Numbered from the stretch's first letter, positions 1 through 6,809 are shown. The stretch is 6,809 bases of DNA from Paraspadella gotoi (GCA_051294375.1 JBJCIZ010000106.1:2136-8944); one strand, 5' to 3'. The notes: generated by a model not told the origin, from the letters alone. Program-made: numbers and translations.

Positions 1-416
1 TTACGTATTGTTATGCTGAATGACCTTTCCTCTTAAGCGATTATCACAATAAAAAAAATCCCTGAATGCTCTTGATGGATTTTCCATGCCAGTTTTTGCG
101 CCGTACCACTTCCGGTTTTAAAAATTCAGAATTTTTGGAAAGAAATGAGCTGTTATTCAGCCAGCATACTTAAATTAATCAAAATAAAGTTATTAATAAC
201 CTTATTACTAATTTTTTTGTTGTGGTTTATAAATAACGTTAAAAAATTATTGTTACAAAAGACTTAAAATTAGAAATTATTAGTTTTTTTAAGCCAAATC
301 GTTCCTGAGCAAATTACTCTACAAATTCTAATAAGATTTTATAAGAAAGTATTATTTCGTTATACAAATAGAACTCTATAAGGGATTTTAAATATTTAAT
401 CCTTAAGCCAAGATAT

Positions 417-1244
417 TGGCCTTTAAAGGTTTGCCAAATGATGCATAAAAAAAGTAGCTAATTAGATAGAAGGCGCTTTGGCCTTTGTGGCTAGCAAGCC
501 TCCCACTCAAACTTAACCCTTAACCTCTCCCCCAACCTAAACCTTAGCCCAGGTCTTTTATTCATTTGCAAGCCTCAACCCTAATCTTAATGTCCCTAGT
601 ACAAGCTAACAGCAAAATTATCATTTGGCCAGGTTGCCATGATTAAGTTCAATTTGGACAGGCTCAGAAAAGGACAGGAAGCTTGGGTTAGGGTAGGTAC
701 TGGGGAAGGAAATTAAAGATTAAAGTTTAGCCTTATTGATAGCCAGGAGGCAGGGATGTCTCAGTTAAGGCTCAGAGGTGAATCTCAGGCTGAGGTGAGG
801 GTTGGTGGAGAGTCTCTGGAGTGATGCAGGGTTAGGGTTCTGGCATGATATAAAACAGGAGGCCTTGGTTAGGGTTAGGTCTAAGGAAGTGGCTCTCTGC
901 AGATGTTACCAGCCAGGGAAACTGGTTAGGGCTTGGATCAGAGACCGGTTTGGGGTTAAGGTTCAGCAGGAAGTACACTAGCTTGGGTTTAGGTTAGGAG
1001 AGAGGTTGCTCGGGTTAAGATTCAGACTTGGGGTGAGACAAGAAGCCCACGTTAAGGTTAGGGCTAGGGTTAGGTTAGATATTCCAAGCTAGGGAAATTG
1101 ATTAAGATTAAAGGTTTGTTTAGGGCCCGGTTTAGGGTTAGGGTTGAGTTAGAGGCTTGCTAGCTGCAAAGGCCAAGTCGCCTTCCATCTAATTCGCTAC
1201 TTTCTTTTTGCATCACTTTTTAAAGGTAAACTTTTTAAAGGCCA
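417..1244. mobile_element. Non-autonomous DNA transposon (MITE-like), ~828 bp, with ~110-bp imperfect terminal inverted repeats and a possible ATAT target-site duplication
   Basis: 417-525 (TGGCCTTTAAAGGTTTGCC...GTAGCTAATTAGATAGAAGGCGCTTTGGCCTTTGTGGCTAGCAAGCCTC...TAACC) aligns to the reverse complement of 1129-1244 (TGGCCTTTAAAAAGTTTACC...GTAGCGAATTAGATGGAAGGCGACTTGGCCTTTGCAGCTAGCAAGCCTC...AAACC). ATAT flanks both ends (413-416, 1245-1248); it is palindromic, so the TIR/TSD boundary is ambiguous. No transposase ORF inside. Confidence 0.88.
507..1150. repeat. Interspersed degenerate telomere-like motifs inside the MITE: AACCCTAA-type at 507-599, GGGTTAGGGTT-type at ~640-1150
   Basis: Motif copies start near 685, 717, 762, 793, 829, 866, 923, 953, 985, 1012, 1050 and 1129 on +, with reverse-orientation copies near 513, 534 and 577. 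Strand polarity switches at about 600-640. Confidence 0.8.
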
Positions 1245-1267
1245 ATATTTTAGTTTTGTTTTGTTAG

Positions 1268-1414
1268 TGAGTATGTGCGTCTTCCTAGTCTGATAGTGAT
1301 TTGTTTGGTGCCGTAGGAAGAGATTGGAGACCCGTTTGCAGCATGAAGTTGAGGCGTGGAGCTACCGCGGAGCTTTACTGATGTCAAGTTGTTGTTGTCG
1401 TACACGTGCAGTAA
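1268..1414 (-). pseudogene. Degenerate Ty3/Gypsy LTR-retrotransposon aspartic protease (retropepsin-like) fragment
   Basis: A minus-strand frame not in the ORF track reads LLHVYDNNNLTSVKLRGSSTPQLHAANGSPISSYGTKQITIRLGRRTYS (stop at 1252-1250). LxAANGxxIxxYGxxxIxIxLGRR matches the flap-region pattern of invertebrate Gypsy proteases. The FLVDTGA catalytic segment expected after LHVYD is absent. Confidence 0.75.
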
Positions 1415-1424
1415 GGGTTCTGTA

Positions 1425-1454
1425 CTATGGGCTATGGGCTATGGGCTATCGGCT
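1425..1454. repeat. 7-bp tandem repeat (CTATGGG)x3 + CTATCGG + CT
   Basis: Read directly from the sequence. Confidence 0.95.
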
Positions 1455-1501
1455 GAAATTAATAATCATTTTTAGCTTTTATCTGACACTGCAACTTAAG
1501 G

Positions 1502-1505
<4 letters not shown>

Positions 1506-1533
<28 letters not shown>
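1506..1533. repeat. (TC)14 microsatellite
   Basis: Perfect 28-bp dinucleotide run. Confidence 0.98.
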
Positions 1534-1536
<3 letters not shown>

Positions 1537-1907
1537 CCGGTTTTTATCTCTTACCTCCTCATCCCAAAACCGGTTAATCCTCTCTCCCAACCTAAATTAT
1601 CAACGACCAAACCAACTGTCTCATGATGAAAAACTGAATCAACATTCAACAAAATGAGAAACAAAATTAACAAAAATTCTTTTGGTATTAACTTTAAATT
1701 CTTATCATTCAACAGCTCAAACTTTAATCTTTGTAATAATGAAAATGATTATAAATATTCTAATTATTTTCATCTTTGAAATTGGTACAACCCATAATAA
1801 AAATTATTCATTGATTTAATAGTAGTTTATTTCATATCAAAAATGTTGATAGTGACACACATCAACACAATTAATTTAATAAATAAGCTATCTTTCTCCT
1901 GGCTTTG

Positions 1908-2678
1908 NNNNNNNNNNNNNNNNNNNNNNNNNNNNNNNNNNNNNNNNNNNNNNNNNNNNNNNNNNNNNNNNNNNNNNNNNNNNNNNNNNNNNNNNNNNNN
2001 NNNNNNNNNNNNNNNNNNNNNNNNNNNNNNNNNNNNNNNNNNNNNNNNNNNNNNNNNNNNNNNNNNNNNNNNNNNNNNNNNNNNNNNNNNNNNNNNNNNN
2101 NNNNNNNNNNNNNNNNNNNNNNNNNNNNNNNNNNNNNNNNNNNNNNNNNNNNNNNNNNNNNNNNNNNNNNNNNNNNNNNNNNNNNNNNNNNNNNNNNNNN
2201 NNNNNNNNNNNNNNNNNNNNNNNNNNNNNNNNNNNNNNNNNNNNNNNNNNNNNNNNNNNNNNNNNNNNNNNNNNNNNNNNNNNNNNNNNNNNNNNNNNNN
2301 NNNNNNNNNNNNNNNNNNNNNNNNNNNNNNNNNNNNNNNNNNNNNNNNNNNNNNNNNNNNNNNNNNNNNNNNNNNNNNNNNNNNNNNNNNNNNNNNNNNN
2401 NNNNNNNNNNNNNNNNNNNNNNNNNNNNNNNNNNNNNNNNNNNNNNNNNNNNNNNNNNNNNNNNNNNNNNNNNNNNNNNNNNNNNNNNNNNNNNNNNNNN
2501 NNNNNNNNNNNNNNNNNNNNNNNNNNNNNNNNNNNNNNNNNNNNNNNNNNNNNNNNNNNNNNNNNNNNNNNNNNNNNNNNNNNNNNNNNNNNNNNNNNNN
2601 NNNNNNNNNNNNNNNNNNNNNNNNNNNNNNNNNNNNNNNNNNNNNNNNNNNNNNNNNNNNNNNNNNNNNNNNNNNNNN
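1908..2678. other. Assembly gap (771 N)
   Basis: Run of N; the three ORFs spanning it are artefacts. Confidence 1.
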
Positions 2679-2719
2679 TAGTCAATTAATTAATCACTAA
2701 TTAATTAATCAGTCAATAC

Positions 2720-3150
2720 GTCCATCCGTCCCACCTTAGCATAAAGCCCCAATAACTCGTGATTGGCTGGTTGGATCGGAATGAAATTTTGTGTATGGGT
2801 AGGAACATGTGTGATGAAGCTGGATATAAAGTTTCGACGGAATCGTGCGAGTGGATATGAGTTTAAATGGAAAAAACATAAGTCGCATTTTCTAAAATCT
2901 GTTTACTTATTTTAACCAATAAATACTCTAATTAATCATAATTCAATGGATAGATTGAGTTCAAATTTTGTGTGTGGGTAGGAAAATATGTGTCGAAGCT
3001 TGATATAAAGTTTCGGTTTGAGTGGAAATGAGTTTAAATGGAAAAAATGCTCAAACTTGTTTCACAATAAGTTTAAAATTGAATTATCAAATAAGACGGG
3101 AAAATGTTGCAAAAAAAATGCTGGAAAGCAAGCGCACCAGTTGCAATGAT
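2720..3150 (+). mobile_element. DINE-1/Helentron-associated (HINE-like) non-autonomous repeat, copy 1
   Basis: TCCATCCGTCC microsatellite-like head, then TAACTC...GGATCGGAATGAAATTTTG core, two internal repeat units and a possible 3' CTGG...CCAG stem-loop (3121-3140). A diverged inverted copy lies at 3641-4056. The family is assigned from architecture only and the boundaries are approximate. Confidence 0.55.
2784..3047 (+). repeat. Internal direct repeat, two ~85-93-bp homologous blocks (2784-2876, 2963-3047), period 179 bp
   Basis: AAATTTTGTGTATGGGTAGGAACATGTGTGATGAAGCTGGATATAAAGTTTCG...GAGTGGATATGAGTTTAAATGGAAAAAA versus AAATTTTGTGTGTGGGTAGGAAAATATGTGTCGAAGCTTGATATAAAGTTTCG...GAGTGGAAATGAGTTTAAATGGAAAAAA. 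Confidence 0.93.
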
Positions 3151-3463
3151 GTAAATTATTATCAATTTACTTTATAGGAACATAAATGTAGGGATTTTTC
3201 CAACTAATGAAATGAAGAAATATTAATCACAGTCAGTCAGTTAAGAGTTATAACAATTTGTTTATTTCAATCCGTGTTTTGCAGACTGTTTCATATTGTA
3301 AAAAATGTTAAATTCTGGGCCGTTTCCTACTTTAACATCAATGTTGATGTAAGAAAAGGAAATCAAAATCCATGAGGTCGACACTGGATCTGGCCATATA
3401 TGTCACCATGAAAAACTACCAGTTTTAAATTCCTACCGCAATTGTTTTTAACTAACCCTACAG

Positions 3464-3581
3464 ATTTAATTTTCCAAAGAATCAAAAAGTCGCTTCAGGA
3501 TTTTTTGCTTTTTAATCTACTCTCTTCGGGACAAAGTGATCTAAAATATGAAAAAGTCATTTACTATCATCAACCTTACAG
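3464..3581 (+). CDS. Possible 118-nt internal coding exon of an unidentified host gene
   Basis: TTGTTTTTAACTAACCCTACAG acceptor and CAG|GTGAGA donor, with one open frame (LIFQRIKKSLQDFLLFNLLSSGQSDLKYEKVIYYHQPY). No recognised homology. Confidence 0.25.
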
Positions 3582-3640
3582 GTGAGACATAAGGGTGGAA
3601 ATATTACAACTAATTCTGTTTTGTTGTGTTAGAAATTTAT

Positions 3641-4056
3641 AACAAGTTTGAGCAAACAATGCCGGATCTACCGACGATCATTAGCGGTAGGAAGTTGATC
3701 AGATAATTAATTAAATAATTAATTAATAAAATTCATAATTTTTTAATAATACTAATTTTTTTTATTCGCGTCAAAATCGTTTTCCACTTTATCTCTCCTC
3801 TCAATCACAAAACAACAATCTCGATCACAATATTAATTAATTAATTAATTACAAAATAATTATTAATTAATTACTATTTAATATAAAAACATAAGAAAAG
3901 TGAAATAGATTTTTTGTTTTTTCTACATTAACTCATTTTCACTTGGACGATTCCTTCTAAATCAGATTTCCAGCTCAAACACACACTTTCTCACCCACAT
4001 TCAAAATATCAAGTCAATCAATCAATCAAAGCTAAGGGAGGACGGACGGATGGACA
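3641..4056 (-). mobile_element. Diverged inverted copy of the same HINE-like repeat (copy 2), with non-matching AT-rich sequence at ~3655-3900
   Basis: The reverse complement of 3912-4056 (GTCCATCCGTCCGTCCTCCCTTAGC...ATTTTGAATGTGGGTGAGAAAGTGTGTGTTTGAGCTGGAAAT...GGAATCGTCCAAGTGAAAATGAGTT) aligns to 2720-2880. 3641-3654 is the exact reverse complement of 3048-3061 (TGCTCAAACTTGTT). Confidence 0.65.
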
Positions 4057-4059
4057 GAT

Positions 4060-4098
4060 ATTTTGCATAATTTTTTTGCATAATTTTTTTGCATAATT
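4060..4098. repeat. 13-bp tandem repeat (TTTTTGCATAATT)x~3
   Basis: Read directly; it shares the TTGCATAATT core with the minisatellite at 4531-4843. Confidence 0.9.
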
Positions 4099-4154
4099 AA
4101 TCATAATTTGATATTCTGACATGATCTAAGTGTCTTCCAGACAAGATTTTTGAG

Positions 4155-4230
4155 TGGGACCGACGGACCGACAAAGTGGATTATAGAGCCGAAATCTGCT
4201 ATAAGCAGATCCGGGTTTTGTTTTCGGCAA
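4155..4230 (-). mobile_element. 5' head of a HINE/Helentron-like element (hairpin, then TCTATA, then GTCGGTCC microsatellite)
   Basis: Minus strand reads TTGCCGAAA...ATCTGCTTATAGCAGAT TTCGGC TCTATAATCCACTTTGTCGGTCCGTCGGTCCC. GCCGAAA/TTTCGGC and ATCTGCT/AGCAGAT are inverted repeats placed before a GTCG/GTCC tetranucleotide run. It may be the true 5' end of copy 2. Confidence 0.45.
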
Positions 4231-4314
4231 CGGCGATTTGGACTGATGAAGACTCGATTCATAATTTTTAATTGTGAATAAAATTTCGAATTGTCATTGC
4301 CGAAAACAACAATC
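4214..4314 (+). other. Long imperfect hairpin (inverted repeat)
   Basis: Perfect 13-bp inverted repeat 4218-4230/4297-4309, extendable inward to 4242/4285 with G-U pairs, plus an inner 10-bp stem 4257-4266/4270-4279. Confidence 0.7.
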
Positions 4315-4530
4315 AAGCCTTCGTTATTATAAGAACAGAAACTGTACAAATCAAGAGAATTAATTTTAGACAATTTATTCTCCAGCTCTGTTTGTATTCT
4401 TCGTCTTTGATTATATTTATCTATTCAAATGGACAAGCCAACAAAACGGTAAATCAAATTTATTTCTCTGTTTAGATGAAAGAAAAAGTTAAAGCTAACT
4501 TTAGCTGTGTTCGTTTATATTCGAGGCTTT

Positions 4531-4843
4531 TTTTTTTCAAACTTGCATAATTTTTTCAACTTGCATAATTTTTTAACTTGCATAATTTTTTCAAACTTGC
4601 ATAATTTTTTAATTTTCATAAATTTTTAACTTGCATAATTTTTTCAACTTACATAATTTTTCAACTTGCATAATTTTTTCAACTTGAATAATTTTTTAAC
4701 TTGCATAATTTTTTCAACTTGCATAATTTTTCCAACTTGCATAATTTTTTCAACTTGCTTAATTTTCAACTTGCATAATTTTTTCAACTTGCATATTTTT
4801 TTCAACTTGCATATTTTTTCAACTTGCATATTTTTTGTACTTG
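4531..4843. repeat. Minisatellite, ~17 copies of an ~18-bp unit (consensus AACTTGCATAATTTTTTC)
   Basis: Counted directly; unit length varies 16-19 bp through T-run slippage. It explains the spurious repetitive ORFs 4644-4829 and 4666-4872. Confidence 0.97.
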
Positions 4844-5133
4844 AAGCATTTTTTCGATTTTTAACTATCTAGTTATCAAGTTCCATTAGTGAGGCAGTGA
4901 GGAAGTGATTTGTTTTATTATCGATTCAAATATTTTTTTTTGTTTAAATTTCCAATTAATTATGATTTACTGCATTATATGCAACTTAGATTATAGTTAC
5001 TTTTTTATTATTTTCCTTGATAGTAAGGACTGGCGAGATCACTATACTTTAGATTTTTATTTATAACATTTGGAAAGGAAAAAAAAAAATCGGAATGCAG
5101 GTTGCAGAAATGTTACAGATAATCTGGACTTAC

Positions 5134-5187
5134 TGACATGATAACCATGACTATTTATATCTTGTAAAATGGGGGCAGTAAGGAAAT
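5134..5187 (-). CDS. Possible 54-nt frame-preserving (phase 1-1) exon
   Basis: Minus strand has an ACTGAC branch-like site, a GAATTTTTTAG acceptor, a consensus GTAAGT donor and one open frame (FLTAPILQDINSHGYHV). No recognised homology. Confidence 0.25.
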
Positions 5188-6356
5188 CTAAAAAATTCGA
5201 TCATTAAGTCAGTCAATGAACCCTTTCTAATGGGCTATTACGTTATGTTATCTTAATGTTTTCTTAATTAAAATAGATGATAAATAATAGAATTAAATTC
5301 CTTGCTATATTTAAAAAAAATTATCAATACAATTTAACATAATAATGTCTTGCTTCGTCAAATATGTTACCACCTATATAATTTTTTAAAACTTTATTAT
5401 GATAAACAAGCAGTGTGTCAAGCTTTTTGTTTGCAGTTAAAGATATAAAAAATGACAATTTTTTTTCACAGACAAGAAGGTAGACGTCTAGACTGTTTAT
5501 ATTAAGCTGAAAACATTTTTGTATTTATCATTTTTCATATTTAAAAAGACATTTTGTCAAGCTACAAAATAATTTTTTGCTTGTTTTTTACTTTAACTGA
5601 AAAATATAAGCAATTTTATGGAATAAAAAAAATTTAATAGTAATCAAAATGTAATTCAGTCTTTCCTTTTTCAAATTACAAAAGAAAAAGAAAAAAATTC
5701 ATATGCCTTCATTAAAGTTTTTAAAGCAAAAAAATGTTATACTTTTAACTCTGATTTAAACAAAATCTGTGTAAAGATTTATGGATTTAATTTAATAAAC
5801 TCATTTAGAAAGGTGTCCCATGATTAGGGGTTTAATTTGATACCACACCCACCTTGCTACCTCTTTTCTTTCAAAAGTTATTTAAAAAAATAACTTTTTT
5901 TAAACAACGCAGTACAAATCTTTATTAAATAAAAATTTGGGCAAAGCGGGAGTATCTCCCTTATTTCTATTGATACATTACTTAAATTTCAAAATAAAAC
6001 TTGAAGAAAATTTTTTCGTCATTTAGAGACATCACTTTCAGATGTACCCATTGTATAACAATTGATTTATTTATATCCCCAAAAAAGCCTAATTAAAAAA
6101 GTTGAAATTTTTTTAAATTGTTGAAAAAAAAGTTTGTCCGACCTATGCTCATTGAGAATAATGCTTTTGCATAGAAAATCAAAATATAAAACAAATAAAA
6201 AAATCAGCCTTTAGAAAAATCGAAAGGCAAGAGGCTGATATTTTTAGAATTGCAAAATTGTTTTCCTAACTCGAAATCCATTATTCTCAGGTTTTAAAAT
6301 ATTTTTTTTCAAAATCATTCAATTATGGTGGACTAAAATCCTCCAACCGTTCATCA

Positions 6357-6428
6357 GCGGCCATTGGTGCCAGAAGCAAGTCATTCGCCTCCCAACCCAA
6401 AGGTACGGGGTTCTTGCCCGGTGGTCGT
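6357..6428 (+). pseudogene. tRNA-Gly(CCC)-like degenerate tRNA (SINE head with Pol III A/B box remnants)
   Basis: 72 nt. Acceptor stem GCGGCCA (6357-6363)/TGGTCGT (6422-6428); A-box-like TGGTGCCAGAAG (6365-6376); anticodon loop CT-CCC-AA (6389-6395) in a broken TTCGC/CCCAA stem; T-arm CGGG...CCCG with degenerate B box GGTTCTTGCC (6409-6418). Too degenerate to be a functional tRNA. Confidence 0.75.
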
Positions 6429-6430
6429 CT

Positions 6431-6506
6431 GGCAGTTAAGAGGGACGGGGCGCTTAACCCGCCTGTAACACGGTGTTACAGCCTGATCCGAAGCTCAGGG
6501 ACTGCT
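6431..6506 (+). ncRNA. Twister self-cleaving ribozyme, circularly permuted type P5 (this copy possibly impaired); predicted cleavage U6455^A6456
   Basis: P5 GGCAGUU 6431-37/GACUGCU 6500-06; AA; P2' GAGG 6440-43; conserved G6444-A6445; T1' CGG 6446-48; minimal P1 loop GGCGCU; U^AA 6455-57; P2 CCC 6458-60; T2 GC 6461-62; P3 CUGUAACA 6463-70/UGUUACAG 6474-81; P4 CCUGA 6482-86/UCAGG 6495-99 enclosing L4 U-CCG-AA-GC. Element order and conserved nucleotides match the twister consensus as I recall it. Confidence 0.82.
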
Positions 6507-6809
6507 TATATTGAACTAACTCATAACAATAATTACTGTCTCTTCACAATCAGTTTTTTTTATTAATTTAAAATATTTTTATGATGTTGTTTTTGTTTGA
6601 AAGAATTGAAAAAATAGGAAAAATATAGTAATTATATAAGGTTTTTGAAATTAGACACAAGGGGAGTAAGCAGGGAAAACTTCCTATTCATAAAAAAAAA
6701 TGAAAATGAATTTGTCATATTGTTATTTAGATTAATTTATGAATTACAAGCTAATGATTCATTAAAGTTAAAAAATGATGGGTAAAAAATATTCATCTTG
6801 GTCTCGGTT

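Larger units (their letters stand above)
6357..6534 (+). mobile_element. tRNA-derived SINE-like element: tRNA head + twister ribozyme body + AACT/AAT-rich tail
   Basis: A GC-rich ~180-bp island in AT-rich DNA, with a degenerate tRNA head (6357-6428), structured body (6431-6506) and tail TGAACTAACTCATAACAATAAT. No convincing TSD found. Confidence 0.7.

Noticed and set aside
12-168. Short imperfect inverted repeat TATGCTGAATGAC / GTTATTCAGCCAGCATA
   Set aside because: Too short and gapped, with no TSD; could be chance or an unresolvable transposon relic.
685-1150. CRISPR-like repeat-spacer array or true telomere
   Set aside because: The motifs are only ~11 bp, degenerate and irregularly spaced, in a eukaryotic context with no cas genes. 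They are not tandem and are enclosed by TIRs.
1324-1626. 100-aa plus-strand ORF
   Set aside because: It has a non-ATG start, runs through two microsatellites and is antisense to the recognisable Gypsy protease frame.
1843-2700. Three long ORFs of X residues
   Set aside because: Artefacts of the N gap.
2679-2717. Inverted similarity to 3695-3727, and TAATTAATCATAATT shared by 2929-2943 and 4094-4108
   Set aside because: Dominated by self-complementary (TTAA)n low-complexity sequence, so homology cannot be established by eye.
4101-4373. 90-aa minus-strand ORF
   Set aside because: It has a non-ATG start, overlaps a repeat head and a hairpin, and contains no recognisable domain.
4644-4872. Two repetitive ORFs on opposite strands
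   Set aside because: Translations of the 18-bp minisatellite; T-run indels shift frame freely.
5471-5478. 8-nt micro-exon after a TTTTTTTCACAG acceptor
   Set aside because: The donor (GTAGAC) is weak, the length is not frame-preserving, and such acceptors are common in T-rich DNA.
5810-5960. Small inverted repeats (AAGGTG/CACCTT; GGGAG-TAT-CTCCC) suggesting a transposon end
   Set aside because: Stems are only 5-6 bp and no partner terminus is identifiable in the window.
6357-6428. Functional tRNA-Gly gene
   Set aside because: The anticodon stem has two C-C mismatches, the D-arm and B box are degenerate, and no oligo-T terminator follows directly.
6483-6500. Hammerhead ribozyme core (CTGAT...GAA)
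   Set aside because: It lacks the CUGANGA and GAAA boxes; the same bases fit twister P4/L4 exactly.

Overview
AT-rich eukaryotic (probably invertebrate) intronic or intergenic DNA, mostly mobile-element debris, with a 771-nt assembly gap (1908-2678). None of the supplied ORFs looks like a real gene. From left to right it holds: an ~830-bp non-autonomous TIR element (MITE) filled with spaced telomere-like GGGTTAGGGTT motifs; a minus-strand Ty3/Gypsy protease remnant that has lost its DTG active site; microsatellites; inverted copies of a DINE-1/Helentron-like repeat; a G-U-rich ~100-nt hairpin; an 18-bp minisatellite; and two low-confidence exon candidates. The main finding is at 6357-6534: a tRNA(Gly)-like SINE head fused directly to a sequence with the full architecture of a circularly permuted type-P5 twister self-cleaving ribozyme, including both pseudoknots, the catalytic G-A and the U^AA site. 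All alignments and folds were done by eye; no searches were run.
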